A stretch of 64,000 nt of DNA from an uncultured Verrucomicrobiae bacterium (lineage in GTDB: Bacteria; Verrucomicrobiota; Verrucomicrobiia; Limisphaerales; Palsa-1400): positions 576,001-640,000 of the forward strand of contig CAVPOM010000004.1 in assembly GCA_963707025.1 (NCBI GenBank). The letters run 5' to 3'. The notes beneath the pieces are model-generated. The model saw only the letters and a list, made by a program, of their open reading frames with translations, was not told where the DNA came from and searched no databases. The position numbers and the translations under genes are program-made. Each line of letters starts with the position of its first letter. The first letter of the stretch is position 1. Shown here piece by piece: positions 1 through 11,121 of the stretch.

Positions 1-453
1 TTTTTCGCCGTTACTTCGTTCCAGTTCACCAATGCGGCCGGCGTGAGCCGTCACGGGCGGTTTCGCATCCGGCCCGAAGCAGGGACGGAGTATCTCTCTG
101 ACGAAGCCGCGGCGGCGAAGTCCCAGGACTTCCTGTTCGACGAGATCGGGCCACGGCTGGCCAAGGCGCCGGCGAAGCTCGGCGTGTTCGTGCAAATGGC
201 GGAGCCGGGCGATGACGTTGCCGACGCCAGTGCGACGTGGCCGGGCCATCGCAAAGAGATCATGTTCGGCACCATCGCCCTCACGGCGCGCGTGGACGAC
301 CAGGCGCCGGACCGGCGAAAAATCATCTTCGACCCTTTGCCAAGGGTTGATGGCATTGATTCATCGGGCGATCCGCTGACGCAGGTGCGCGCGGACATCT
401 ACCTGCTCAGCGGACGCAGGCGTCGGGCGGCCTTGGGCGACGGGAAGGGTTGA
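1..453 (+). CDS. Catalase-related peroxidase (SrpA-like), C-terminal part; 5' end outside the window
   Basis: Frame open from base 1: FFAVTSFQFTNAAGVSRHGRFR...DFLFDEI...IFDPLPRVDGIDSSGDPLTQVRADIYLLSGRRR, with the R-x3-Y proximal heme motif of short catalase-like peroxidases. Confidence 0.8.
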   Translation, partial: FFAVTSFQFTNAAGVSRHGRFRIRPEAGTEYLSDEAAAAKSQDFLFDEIGPRLAKAPAKLGVFVQMAEPGDDVADASATWPGHRKEIMFGTIALTARVDDQAPDRRKIIFDPLPRVDGIDSSGDPLTQVRADIYLLSGRRRRAALGDGKG

Positions 454-498
454 ATGGGCAGAAAAAGGACAATCGAACGAAACAACGTTTTAAATACA

Positions 499-1665
499 AT
501 GAACCTATTGGAAAAATCTAAAGCAGGGATACTCGTGGCCAGCACCGCATTACTTTGCGTGGCAGGGTGCCGTCAGAAGCCGCGGGCCACTCCGCCGCCT
601 CCGATAGTGGAAGTTGCCCCCGTGAGACAGGCCGATGTGCCGATTTATCATGAATGGATTGGCACGCTGGATGGATTGGTCAACGCCACGATTCGAGCGC
701 AAGTCACCGGTTATTTGATAGCCCAAGATTACCGGGAAGGCGACGCCATCAAAAAAGGCGACCTGTTGTTTGAAATTGATCCGCGCCCCTTCCAAGCCGC
801 GCTCGACCAGGCCAAAGGCCTGCTGGCCCAGGCCGAGGCGAGGCTGGGCAAGACCGAATTGGACGTCAAACGATACGCCCCGCTGCTCAAGGACCGGGCG
901 GTCAGCCAGGAGGAATATGACGACGCCGTCCAGGCAAATTTGGAAGCCAAGGCAGGAGTATTGTCGGCGAAAGCCCAAGTCGAACAAGCCCAGTTGAATC
1001 TGGACTTTACCAGGATCACTTCGCCCATAGACGGCCTTGCCAGCATTGCGAAAGGACAGATTGGCGACCTGGTTGGACCGGGCACAGGGGAATTGACCAC
1101 GGTCTCCACCATCAACCCCATCAAAGCCTATTATAATGTGACCGAACAGGCCTACATCAACTTCGCCAAACTGTTCTCAACGGAAATTGAACGCGCAGAG
1201 CGCCTCAAACAACTGGAGATTCAACTAATCCTGGCCGATGGGACCGTCTATCCCCAAAGCGGCAGAATTTACACGCCGGACCGGGAGATCGGCATCACCA
1301 CCGGAGCACTCCGGTTGGAAGCCCGCTTTCCCAATCCGGATGGCGCGCTTCGTCCGGGCGAATTCGTGCGGGTGCGGGTGAAATTTGATGTGAATCGTGG
1401 CGCTCTGCTGGTGCCGCAACGCGCGGTGTCGGAGTTGCAAGGCGCCTATCAGGTTGACATCGTGGACGCGGACAACAAGGTCCACATTCAGCCCGTGACC
1501 GTCGGCGAACGAAGCGGCGGCCTCTGGACCATTGAGCATGGCCTGGAGGCTGGGCAGCACGTCGTCGTGGAAGGTCTTCAAAAAATCCGGGACGGCATGC
1601 TGGTAAGCCCGACAAATTTTGCTCTGGAAACCCTGCAAACGGCCCAGGCGTCGCCCAACCGCTAG
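499..1665 (+). CDS. RND efflux periplasmic adaptor (membrane fusion protein), lipoprotein
   Basis: Lipobox-like LLCVAGC; IRAQVTGYL, GDLLFEIDPRPF, ITSPIDG, LRPGEFVRV, LLVPQRAV; ATG at 499 preferred over 454. Confidence 0.93.
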   Translation: MNLLEKSKAGILVASTALLCVAGCRQKPRATPPPPIVEVAPVRQADVPIYHEWIGTLDGLVNATIRAQVTGYLIAQDYREGDAIKKGDLLFEIDPRPFQAALDQAKGLLAQAEARLGKTELDVKRYAPLLKDRAVSQEEYDDAVQANLEAKAGVLSAKAQVEQAQLNLDFTRITSPIDGLASIAKGQIGDLVGPGTGELTTVSTINPIKAYYNVTEQAYINFAKLFSTEIERAERLKQLEIQLILADGTVYPQSGRIYTPDREIGITTGALRLEARFPNPDGALRPGEFVRVRVKFDVNRGALLVPQRAVSELQGAYQVDIVDADNKVHIQPVTVGERSGGLWTIEHGLEAGQHVVVEGLQKIRDGMLVSPTNFALETLQTAQASPNR

Positions 1666-1668
1666 ACC

Positions 1669-4600
1669 ATGTCCAAATTCTTTATCAGCCGCCCCATCGT
1701 CGCCATGGTGATTTCCATCATCATGGTGATCGTCGGGCTGGTCACGATGCTTTCACTGCCCATCGCGCAATTTCCCAAGGTGGTGCCCCCAGAAATCTTC
1801 ATTCAAGCGGACTACGTGGGCGCCGACGCGCAGACCATCGAGCAATCGGTGGCCACCCCCATCGAACAACAGATGAGCGGCGTGGACAACATGAACTACA
1901 TGTACTCGGTCAACGCGAACAACGGTCTGATGCGGTTGTTTGTCAACTTCGACCTCAAAACGGACCCGAATATTGATCACGTCCTGACCCAATTGCGCTA
2001 CGCCCAGGCGGAACCCCAGTTGCCCTCTGATGTGCGTAACTACGGAGTCACGGTCCAAAAATCCCTTTCCGCCCCGTTCATGATTCTCGCGCTCAATTCG
2101 CCCAAAGGCTCGCGCGGCGCCGAGTTTCTGGCCAACTACGCCTATATCAATTTGAGCGACCCTCTGAGCCGGGTGGCGGGAGTTTCTCAAGTGACGGTTT
2201 TCGGCGCAGGGCAGTACGCCATGAGGATTTGGGTGAAACCGGACCAACTGGCCAAACTCAATATTACAGTCCCGGAGATCATCAGCGCGGTCAACAGCCA
2301 GAATGCGGTCAATCCAGCCGGCAAAATTGGCGGGCGGCCCACCCCGCCGGGACAAGAATTCACTTACACCGTGCTCGCGCAAGGCCGGCTGACGACGGAG
2401 GATGAATTTGGCAGCATTGTTCTCCGGGCCACGCCGGACGGGGCGGTGGTGCGTTTGAGGGACGTGGCCCGCATAGAATTAAGCGCCGCAGATTACGACG
2501 TCGAGGGCCATTATGATGGCAAACCGTCGGCCATACTTGCCTTGTTTCAACTTCCCAACTCCAACGCCATTGAAGCGGAAAAAGGCGTCAAGAAGCTCAT
2601 GGCAGAATTGAAGACCCGCTTCCCGTCCGACGTTGACTACGAAATCCCGATTGACACGACGAAGTCGGTGACCGAAGGGATTCGCGAAATCGGCAAGACT
2701 TTTTGGGAGGCGCTGGGACTGGTGATGTTGGTGGTTTTTGTTTTCCTCCAAGGCTGGCGGGCGGCCTTGATCCCTCTGGCGGCGGTTCCGGTCTCACTGA
2801 TTGGGACATTCGCACTGTTCCCCTTGTTGGGTTTCTCCATCAATACGCTGTCGCTTTTCGGTCTGGTCCTTGCCATCGGCCTGGTGGTGGATGATGCCAT
2901 CGTGGTAGTCGAAGCGGTGGAACACCACATTGAGGAAGGGATGCCGCCCAAGGAGGCCACGTTGAAAGCGATGGAGGAAGTGTCAGGACCGGTGGTGGCC
3001 ATCGCGCTGATCCTGTCGGCGGTATTTCTGCCCACGGTGTTCATTCCCGGCATTACGGGGCGTCTCTATCAACAATTTGCCGTGACCATCGCCATCTCCG
3101 TGCTCCTCTCAGCCTTCAATGCGCTGACCCTCAGTCCGGCTTTGTCCGCGCTGCTCCTGCGGCCAAAGCAAGGAACGAAAGGGCCGCTGGGCTGGTTTTT
3201 TAACTTGTTCAATCGCGGCTATGGCCGGTTGACGGACAGATACGTCGGCGTTTGCCGGGCCTTGGTTCGCAAATCCGGCTTCAGCCTCTTGCTCCTGGGC
3301 CTGGTGGCGCTGGCCGCCGCTTGGTCTGGCAAAACGCTCCCGACAGCCTTCCTGCCGGAAGAGGACCAGGGATTCCTGTATGTCAGCGTCCAACTCCCCT
3401 TCGCCGCTTCGATGGACCGCACCGTGGCTGCCTGCAAGAAGGTGGAAGACATGGTTCTGGCCACGCCGGGTGTCGAGAGTTGCACCACAGTGGCCGGCTT
3501 CAATCTCCTGAGTTTTACGCGCAACACCTACAGCGCCACTTTTTGGGTCAGCCTGAAGGACTGGGGCAGGCGAACCAGGCCGGAAGAAAGTTATCAAGCC
3601 ATCAAGGCGAGCCTGGGCCGCAAGCTGTCCCGCTTTCCCGAGGCGATGGCCTTTGCCTTCCCGCCACCCGCCATCGCAGGGGTCGGGACGGCTGGCGGGT
3701 TCACCATGGTTCTGGAGGACCGGGCTGGAAAGGACATTCCGTTTCTCGCCGCCAACGTCGCCAAGTTTATGGACGCGGCGCGGAAGCGCCCCGAAATTGC
3801 CAGCATCAACACTACGTTCTTGCCGGCCGTGCCACAGCTCGGCGTTGCGGTGGATCGAGATCGGGTCCTGAAGCAGGGAGTGGACCTGTCGGAGGTCTAT
3901 AAGACCCTGCAAACATTCATGGGCGGGTATTTTGTCAACTATTTCAACCGGTTTGGGCGGCAGTGGCAGGTCTATGTTGAAGCCGAAGGCGCCTATCGGA
4001 CGCGCGAAGAATACCTGGGCCTGTTTTACGTGCGCAACCATGATGGCGAATCAATTCCCATGTCATCGCTGACCTCCACCAAGCCCATTGCCGGGCCGGA
4101 ATTCACCATGCGCTACAATCTGTTTCGTTCCGCGCAGCTCAACGGCACGGCGGCGCCCGGTTATAGTTCCGACCAGGCCACCAAGGCTTTGGAGGAAGTG
4201 TTTGCCCAGACCATGCCTTCGGAGATGGGTTACGACTACATTGGCATGTCATTTCAGGAGCAGAAGGCGGCCCAGGGGGTTTCACCGGCGGCCATCTTCG
4301 CTCTCTCTTTCCTCTTTGTCTTTTTGATCCTGGCTGCCCTTTATGAAAGCTGGTCGCTGCCTTTCAGCGTATTGCTCGGCACGCCCATCGCCGTGCTGGG
4401 TGCTTTCGCCGCCCTGCTCTCGCGGCAGATGGTGAACAATGTCTATGCGCAGATCGGGTTGGTCATGCTCATCGGGCTGGCGGCCAAGAACGCCATCCTG
4501 ATTGTTGAGTTCGCCCGGTTGGAATACGAGAAGGGTAAGCCACTCATAGAAGCGGCCCTGACAGGCGCCCGTCTTCGCCTGCGGCCGATCCTGATGACTT

Positions 4601-4839
4601 CCTTCGCCTTCATTCTCGGATCCACCCCATTGTGGTTCGCCACCGGGGCGGGGGCTGTGTCGCGGCGCGTCCTCGGCACGGTGGTCATCGGCGGCATGCT
4701 GGCGGCCACCTGCGTTGCGGTCTGCTTGATACCTGTGACGTTCTATGTGGTGGAAAAGCTGGCAAACCGCCGCCGAAAAAAGGAGCCACAAACCGCCGCA
4801 AGCTCAGGCGGCGGGATGATCGGAGAACAGCCTTCATGA
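1669..4839 (+). CDS. RND efflux permease (HAE1, AcrB/MexB family)
   Basis: 1056 aa; MSKFFISRPI start, GLVVDDAIVVVE, GLAAKNAILIVEFA, RLRPILMTSFAF. Confidence 0.97.
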   Translation: MSKFFISRPIVAMVISIIMVIVGLVTMLSLPIAQFPKVVPPEIFIQADYVGADAQTIEQSVATPIEQQMSGVDNMNYMYSVNANNGLMRLFVNFDLKTDPNIDHVLTQLRYAQAEPQLPSDVRNYGVTVQKSLSAPFMILALNSPKGSRGAEFLANYAYINLSDPLSRVAGVSQVTVFGAGQYAMRIWVKPDQLAKLNITVPEIISAVNSQNAVNPAGKIGGRPTPPGQEFTYTVLAQGRLTTEDEFGSIVLRATPDGAVVRLRDVARIELSAADYDVEGHYDGKPSAILALFQLPNSNAIEAEKGVKKLMAELKTRFPSDVDYEIPIDTTKSVTEGIREIGKTFWEALGLVMLVVFVFLQGWRAALIPLAAVPVSLIGTFALFPLLGFSINTLSLFGLVLAIGLVVDDAIVVVEAVEHHIEEGMPPKEATLKAMEEVSGPVVAIALILSAVFLPTVFIPGITGRLYQQFAVTIAISVLLSAFNALTLSPALSALLLRPKQGTKGPLGWFFNLFNRGYGRLTDRYVGVCRALVRKSGFSLLLLGLVALAAAWSGKTLPTAFLPEEDQGFLYVSVQLPFAASMDRTVAACKKVEDMVLATPGVESCTTVAGFNLLSFTRNTYSATFWVSLKDWGRRTRPEESYQAIKASLGRKLSRFPEAMAFAFPPPAIAGVGTAGGFTMVLEDRAGKDIPFLAANVAKFMDAARKRPEIASINTTFLPAVPQLGVAVDRDRVLKQGVDLSEVYKTLQTFMGGYFVNYFNRFGRQWQVYVEAEGAYRTREEYLGLFYVRNHDGESIPMSSLTSTKPIAGPEFTMRYNLFRSAQLNGTAAPGYSSDQATKALEEVFAQTMPSEMGYDYIGMSFQEQKAAQGVSPAAIFALSFLFVFLILAALYESWSLPFSVLLGTPIAVLGAFAALLSRQMVNNVYAQIGLVMLIGLAAKNAILIVEFARLEYEKGKPLIEAALTGARLRLRPILMTSFAFILGSTPLWFATGAGAVSRRVLGTVVIGGMLAATCVAVCLIPVTFYVVEKLANRRRKKEPQTAASSGGGMIGEQPS

Positions 4840-6293
4840 ACTTCCAACCGGGCATAAACCGCCCATGTGCTTGTTTCGTCCTGGCGCTTCTGGCGGTTGT
4901 GATGGCCGGTTGTGCCGTCGGTCCCGATTACAAGCGACCCATGGTGGCTTCGCCCTCTGCCTTTCGTGACGACGCTGCGCCCACCAACAGCTCATTTGCC
5001 GATCTGGACTGGTGGCAGGTTTATCGGGACAACACGTTGCAGGCGCTGGTCCGGGAAGCCTTGACGAATAATAATGATCTGCGAATTGCCATGACCCGGG
5101 TGGAACAGGCCCGGGCCTCCGCCATGCAGGCCAGAGCGCAGTTCGTTCCCAATGTGGAGTACAATGGCACCGTCAGCCGCGGACGGAACGATTTGTTCGG
5201 CTCGACTTTCCCGAACAACGCGCAAACCGCCAGTTCAGCAGTTGCCACACTCAACACGTTCTGGGAAGTGGATCTATGGGGCCGCGTGCGCCGGCTCAAC
5301 GAATCCGCCCGAGCGCAGTTTTTGGCATCGGAGGAAGCGCGGCGCGGTGTGAGGCTGAGCCTGTTGAGCGAAGTCGCCTCGGATTACTTCCGCTTGCTGG
5401 AGTTGGATCAGGAGTTGGAGATCGTTCAACGCACGACCAATTCGTTTGGCGAAAGCTTGAAAATCTTCACACGGCGGCTCGAAGGCGGCACGGCGACGGA
5501 CCTGGAAGCATCCCGCGCCGAAGCTGCTTTGGCGGACGCGGCGTCCGCGACGCCATCCGTCCTGGAACAGATTTCGCAGACGGAAAACCAGCTTTGCGTT
5601 TTGCTGGGGCGCAATCCCGGACCGATCAGCCGGGTTGAACTGACCTCCGCCGCTCTGCCGCCGGATGTGCCGGCGGGTTTGCCCTCCGCGTTGCTGGAAC
5701 GCCGCCCGGACGTGCGCGAAACGGAGCAATTGCTGCGTTCCGCCAACGCGCAAGTCGGCGAGTCTGTGGCGGAGTTTTTCCCCAAGATTGGTTTGACCGC
5801 GATCCTCGGAAAGATCAGTCCTGAATTGTCGGCCTTTACCCTGGGCGGCGCCAATGCGTGGGGTGTGGCCGCCGGGGGGACCGGCCCGCTTTTCGAGGGT
5901 GGCAGGTTGGTGGGACAATACCGGCAAGCCAAAGCGGCCCGCGAGGAAGCCAGGCTGCGCTACCAGCAAACCGTCCTGACCGCTTTTCGCGAGGTTTCCG
6001 ATGCGCTGGTTGCGCGCGGACGGCTGGCGGAAATCCGCCAGCAGCAAGCCCGCGAAGTGGAGAATTTGGATCGGGCGGTGCGGGTTTCCACGGAGCGATA
6101 CCTCGCCGGCAAGGCCAGTTATTACGAGGTGCTCGAAGCGCAGCAACAGCTCTTCCCCGCCGAGCTTGGTTTGGCCCGCACCCAGCGCGACGAACGGCTG
6201 GCCGTGGCCGCTCTTTACAAAGCCCTTGGGGGAGGCTGGAAAGACGAAACCGGTTCCAACCCGGCGAGGCTGACTAGTGCCGGCAATCCTTAG
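4836..6293 (+). CDS. Outer membrane efflux factor lipoprotein (NodT/OprM family)
   Basis: ATG overlaps the permease stop (ATGA); MAGCAVGPDY lipobox, WEVDLWGRVRR, LLERRPDVR, LYKALGGGW. Confidence 0.95.
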   Translation: MNFQPGINRPCACFVLALLAVVMAGCAVGPDYKRPMVASPSAFRDDAAPTNSSFADLDWWQVYRDNTLQALVREALTNNNDLRIAMTRVEQARASAMQARAQFVPNVEYNGTVSRGRNDLFGSTFPNNAQTASSAVATLNTFWEVDLWGRVRRLNESARAQFLASEEARRGVRLSLLSEVASDYFRLLELDQELEIVQRTTNSFGESLKIFTRRLEGGTATDLEASRAEAALADAASATPSVLEQISQTENQLCVLLGRNPGPISRVELTSAALPPDVPAGLPSALLERRPDVRETEQLLRSANAQVGESVAEFFPKIGLTAILGKISPELSAFTLGGANAWGVAAGGTGPLFEGGRLVGQYRQAKAAREEARLRYQQTVLTAFREVSDALVARGRLAEIRQQQAREVENLDRAVRVSTERYLAGKASYYEVLEAQQQLFPAELGLARTQRDERLAVAALYKALGGGWKDETGSNPARLTSAGNP

Positions 6294-6351
6294 CAAAAGC
6301 AATTATTGTTATCAGGTCGAGCCCGTCATAGCAGCCCCAACGCAACAGAAG

Positions 6352-6530
6352 ATGAACGAAACTCTGGCATTGCTGGTTCGGCATGGGACCGTCGTTTTGG
6401 TCGCCGCCGTATTCATCGAACGACTCGGCGCTCCGCGGCCTGCCGCGCCCTAGTTATTTGCAGTGGGTACCATGGTGGCGCAGGACGGCAATTTCACGAT
6501 GCCCGCTGCGTTAATGCCGGAGCTGTTTAA
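6352..6530 (+). pseudogene. DedA/VTT-family membrane protein N-terminal remnant
   Basis: MNETLALLVRHGTVVLVAAVFIERLGAPRPAAP*LFAVGTM resembles the DedA start (F-x-E-x-x-G-x-P-x-P); in-frame TAG at 6451; similarity is lost afterwards. Confidence 0.6.
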
Positions 6531-7482
6531 AAATTATGCAGTGAAGTTCCAAGACTACTTTCGAAGCCTGGTGGCAGGTCCCGCCGAGGCGATAATCATC
6601 GAATTTTCGATGCACGCCGGATCGCCTCCAAAAAATCTCAAGACCAGAGTGCCGAGAAAACGTATATTGACAAGCAGGACTGGGATTTCGGTTCAGAGGA
6701 ACTGGCGAGCGCCATGGAGCAGGAGCAGCCGGCGAAACGTGAGGCTGCATAATTGTCGCCAGCCGTTATGGAGACACAAAACAGCGCCCACGATTTAACC
6801 ACGGGCGCGAGCGAACGATCCCGAGTTCAGCCCTTCTGCGCAGACCAACTGCACCCCAGGAATTAGTTCGATAAATGCCACGAAAACAATCAGCCGTCAC
6901 AGGGTATCCGGATGGGGAGCACGTCTGGCGAAAAGCCCATTCGCCGCTGGGATCTTTTCGCTGTCAACCGTGGCTGGTCTTGGTAAAATGAGGCAGCACA
7001 ATGAAACCCATCAAACACTCCGGCGGACATCTTTTCCTAACGCTGATGTTGCTGGCTGCCGCCATGGCGGTGCGGCATCGCTGCCCTCCGGCCAAGCTCC
7101 TCTGTTCATCCTGTGTGCAGCCGATAAAGCTGTCAGAGCAGCCGGTGCAAGTCCGGCCATGAATGAGACGAGCGTTCATGCAGGCCGAACATTTGCTGGA
7201 GGTGTTGCCCACCGGCACGGTTTCAACGAATGCCTTTCTGCGGAAGGTTCACATCTTCGCCCTCGACATGAACTGGTTGCCCGCGAGCGTCATGCCCCGT
7301 CGGCGCTGAGAGGTTTTACTGGAAACGCATTCACTCCTCCTCACAGGTCAACGAGGGACCCTCAAGGCGCGCTATACGGACTGGCCCCAGCCGCGCGTAG
7401 TTGTTCCCTCGCTCGGTTTGCGGGTTTTACCTACTATCGAACCTCTCCGAAATAAGATATAAATACGAGAATAAAAAACGCT

Positions 7483-7625
7483 ATGGCCGCCGACACAGAG
7501 CTAACGTTTAAGACATGGCAGGAGCTCGATCCAACCGGTCGCGAGAAACCGGCCAATGCGCCGGTGTGGCTGGAGTTGCCCACCGACCTCCGGCCACAGC
7601 CCGTAGTGCAGCCTAGGCCAAAGGA
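7483..7625 (+). pseudogene. Possible NRPS condensation-domain relic (short ORF 7483-7725)
   Basis: PANAPVWLELPTDLRPQPVVQ resembles the C-domain segment LELPTDRPRPAVQ (compare VLELPGDKLRPARQ in the 11122 gene). Confidence 0.4.
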
Positions 7626-9556
7626 TGACTATGAACCCATCAATGCATTCGATCGCCTCAACGGAGACGTGTGTCACAGAGGGAACTGCGCAAACTCTGT
7701 GCCCGGGAGAGAATTCTCTCACTGAGTTAGTTGCCTTTCAAGCGGTCACAAGACCTGGCGCGGCGGCCGTGGCATCCAGCCGCGGTGTTTTGAGCTACGG
7801 TCAACTTGACACCCGAGCCAACGAAGTCGCCAGCGTTCTAAGGGGATTGGGTGTCGGTGCAGAGGCCGTGATTGGTTTGCTTCTCCCACGCTCACCGGCG
7901 ATGGTCGTGGGCGCGTTGGGAATCCTCAAGGCGGGCGGGGCGTACCTGCCTTTGGATCCGTCCTATCCTGAAGCTCGATTGGCTTTCTTGCTCAAGGATG
8001 CACAGGCTGAGGTATTGATCACCGGACGGTCCGTAAAGGCACCCATCTCTGCGGGCGCGCGCACGTTGATCGTCCTGGATGATTTTGGCCAGTTGATTGA
8101 GGGCCCATCGCACTCTCCGCACGCGCTTCCGGCCCCCACGATCACCCCAAAAAACCTTGCCTACGTCATTTACACTTCGGGCTCAACCGGCCAACCGAAT
8201 GGCGTCGAGATTACTTATGCCAGTCTCCGGAATTTGGTCCACTGGCACCAGTGCGCCTTCAAGGTGACTGAGAAGGACCGCGCGAGCCAGGTGGCAAGGG
8301 TTGGCTTCGACGCCGCAGTATGGGAAATCTGGCCGTACCTTGCGGCGGGAGCGAGTCTCCACCTGCCGGGTGAGGGGCAATTAAGCGAGCCAGAACCTTT
8401 GCGAGATTGGCTGGTTGAGCAAGGCATCACCATTGGTTTTATCCCGACCCCGATGGCCGAGCGACTCCTGGCATTGCGCTGGCCGGCAAGGACCGCCCTG
8501 CGCGTGATGTTAACCGGAGGAGATACGCTGCACTCTTATGCACCAGCGGACATCCCTTTCTTGCTGGTCAACAACTACGGTCCGACCGAATGCACCGTGG
8601 TAGCCACTTCGGCGCTGGTGCCATCGCAAGGTTCGGGGGAACGACTGCCGCCCGTCGGCTTTCCAATCAAGAACGCCCAAGTTTACGTTCTGGACGAGTC
8701 CCGGAACCCGGTGGCTGGCCAGGATTGCGGGGAACTCTACATCGGGGGGGCTGGTGTGGCACGGGGCTACCGCAATCGTCCGGACTTGACAGCGGAGAGG
8801 TTCGTCCAGAATCCGTTCTCTGCCGAGCCGGGTGATCGGCTTTTCAGAACGGGTGACATCGTACGGTATCTTGCGAACGGTCAACTCGCCTTTCTGGGCC
8901 GTGTTGACGACCAGATCAAAGTGCGCGGCTTCCGGATCGAGCCGAACGAAGTGGCAGCAGCACTCAATGAGCATCCGGCGATTGCGCAAAGCGTGGTGGT
9001 AGCTCATGAAATCAAGCCGGGGGACCGACGCCTCGTTGGCTATTTCGTCCCCGGCTCTCAACCTCGGCCTGCGTTGAGCGAATTGCGCGAGTTCCTTGGC
9101 GCCCGCCTGCCGGAGTTCATGGTGCCGGCGACCTTCGTCGTTCTGGACCACCTGCCGTTGACCCCGAACGGGAAGGTGGATCGTGCCGCCCTCCCGTTGC
9201 CTGACAATGACAATACACTACGAGACAGAGACTTCGTTGCTCCGAGAACGGAAGTGGAGAAGACCGTGGCCGACATCCTGGCACCACTTCTGGGACTCCC
9301 TAAGCTGGACGTGGAGGACAATTTCTTCGCCCTTGGAGGACACTCGCTATTGGGAACACAACTCATCGCAAGGGTGCGCCAGGCCTTTGGAGTTGAACTT
9401 GCCCTGCTCCGTGTGTTCGAAGCCCCGACGGTGGCCGGGATTTCCGCCGAGGTCGAACGGCTACTCTTCGCGAGACTGGACGCGATGAGCGAAGAGCAAG
9501 CACGCAGTCTGCTGAGCTCAGCGCCTCCTCCAGACCAAGAACAGAGGACCCAATGA
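7625..9556 (+). CDS. Stand-alone NRPS adenylation-PCP didomain
   Basis: YVIYTSGSTGQPNG, NNYGPTE, FRTGD, GRVDDQIKVRGFRIE, TPNGKVDR; PCP motif NFFALGGHSL. Confidence 0.95.
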   Translation: MTMNPSMHSIASTETCVTEGTAQTLCPGENSLTELVAFQAVTRPGAAAVASSRGVLSYGQLDTRANEVASVLRGLGVGAEAVIGLLLPRSPAMVVGALGILKAGGAYLPLDPSYPEARLAFLLKDAQAEVLITGRSVKAPISAGARTLIVLDDFGQLIEGPSHSPHALPAPTITPKNLAYVIYTSGSTGQPNGVEITYASLRNLVHWHQCAFKVTEKDRASQVARVGFDAAVWEIWPYLAAGASLHLPGEGQLSEPEPLRDWLVEQGITIGFIPTPMAERLLALRWPARTALRVMLTGGDTLHSYAPADIPFLLVNNYGPTECTVVATSALVPSQGSGERLPPVGFPIKNAQVYVLDESRNPVAGQDCGELYIGGAGVARGYRNRPDLTAERFVQNPFSAEPGDRLFRTGDIVRYLANGQLAFLGRVDDQIKVRGFRIEPNEVAAALNEHPAIAQSVVVAHEIKPGDRRLVGYFVPGSQPRPALSELREFLGARLPEFMVPATFVVLDHLPLTPNGKVDRAALPLPDNDNTLRDRDFVAPRTEVEKTVADILAPLLGLPKLDVEDNFFALGGHSLLGTQLIARVRQAFGVELALLRVFEAPTVAGISAEVERLLFARLDAMSEEQARSLLSSAPPPDQEQRTQ

Positions 9557-10905
9557 CCATTGGTAGTGATCCAGCAGCCGGCCGGAAAAAATCGGAGCCG
9601 CCTCTGAGCCTTTTCCATCTGCTCGATCCTGAGGTTCTGGCGAATCCCTATCCCCTTTACCACCGGCTTCGGCGCGAGGATCCGGTGCATTGGGACCCGT
9701 TCCTGCATGCCTGGATTGTGACCCGTTACCAGGATGTGGTGCGGGTTCTGCGCGAGTTCTCCGCCGAGCGCACACCCAGGCCTGAGCAACTGACGGCCAT
9801 GGGGCTCTCGGGTCTGAATCCTATCGCCCAGCTCATGGTGAAGCAGATGCTCTTCCTGGACCCCCCCGCGCATACACGGATTCGAGGCCTGGCTTCTGCC
9901 GCCTTCACCCCCCAACGTGTGGAAGGCTTGCGCTCGCACATTCGGGACATCGTCAGAAGTTTGCTCGAAAGGGTTGAGCCGAAGGGGCGCATCGACATCA
10001 TCGCCGACCTGGCTGAGCCGCTGCCGTGCATCGTGACTGCAGAGATGCTGGGCGTGCCCGTCGAAGATCACCACCAGTTGAAATTGTGGTCGCAGGACTT
10101 CGCCGAAATGCTGGGGAACTTCCAGCATAATCCTGACCACGTGCCACGAATCCTCAAAAGCACAGAAGAAATGACCGCTTATTTTCGCTCTGCAATGCGT
10201 ACGGAAAAGCTGCGACCAGACGGCCTGGTCACCTCTCTGATGAATGCGGAGATTCAAGGAGATCGTTTGACTGTGGGTGAGGTAATCGCAAACTGCATCG
10301 TGACCATGGTCGGCGGCCAGGAGACCACCACGAACCTAATCGGCAATGGAGTGCTCTCCTTGCTGCGAAATCCCCTGGAGCTTGAGAGACTCCGCGCAAA
10401 CCCCGCCATGGTTCCCTCGGCGGTGGAAGAGTTGCTTCGATACGAGAGCCCCAGCCAGCACACTGGCCGTCTGGCTCCTGAGGATACCGAACTGGGCGGC
10501 AAGCAGATCCGCAAGCGACAAGCGGTCATGGCGGTGATGGCAGCCGCGAACCGTGACCCCGAGCGCTTCCCGGACCCGGACCGGCTCGATATCAGCCGGA
10601 CGGACAATCGCCATGTCGCCTTTGGATGGGGCGCCCACTTCTGTTTCGGCGCACCCTTGGCTCGAATCGAAGGCCAGATTGCCTTCGAAGAGTTGTTGCG
10701 GTGGTTTCCGCAGTGGTCGCTTGGACCGGGGCCTCTCGTCTGGCGGACAAACCTGGGCTTGCGAGGGCTAACAGCTTTGCCGGTCAACGTCACCAGCGGA
10801 ATGCGGGACACAACAGCCACGAACCGTGTCACGGCAGGCAACGAAGGCGTATCCACGTGCCCATTCGCTATCGCGCATCCCAAAAGTGAGCAGACAGCGA
10901 ACTAA
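9553..10905 (+). CDS. Cytochrome P450
   Basis: GGQETT I-helix, EELLR (ExxR), HVAFGWGAHFCFG heme motif; ATGA overlap with the A-PCP gene. Confidence 0.96.
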   Translation: MTIGSDPAAGRKKSEPPLSLFHLLDPEVLANPYPLYHRLRREDPVHWDPFLHAWIVTRYQDVVRVLREFSAERTPRPEQLTAMGLSGLNPIAQLMVKQMLFLDPPAHTRIRGLASAAFTPQRVEGLRSHIRDIVRSLLERVEPKGRIDIIADLAEPLPCIVTAEMLGVPVEDHHQLKLWSQDFAEMLGNFQHNPDHVPRILKSTEEMTAYFRSAMRTEKLRPDGLVTSLMNAEIQGDRLTVGEVIANCIVTMVGGQETTTNLIGNGVLSLLRNPLELERLRANPAMVPSAVEELLRYESPSQHTGRLAPEDTELGGKQIRKRQAVMAVMAAANRDPERFPDPDRLDISRTDNRHVAFGWGAHFCFGAPLARIEGQIAFEELLRWFPQWSLGPGPLVWRTNLGLRGLTALPVNVTSGMRDTTATNRVTAGNEGVSTCPFAIAHPKSEQTAN

Positions 10906-11121
10906 CACAACGCGGATGATCCTCTGCCATGAAAACAACACCCTGGCTTGCGGCCTCAAGGGCACAGGCACTGATTGGTACATCCACTGTGGCCAACTTT
11001 CAAACCATGTCAGAGGGCACCTCGGCGTTGGAAATAGAAGAGGCTCACAGATGAAGGAAGCTCGCAGCTTGTTTGCAGCCAGCGACTATTACGGCAGCAT
11101 CCTGCCAGCGAATAACGTGAT

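Noticed and set aside
6540..7480. Short ORFs between the efflux operon and the NRPS as RiPP precursors
   Set aside because: No recognisable leader or core motif and no RiPP maturation enzymes apart from an NRPS-coupled P450.
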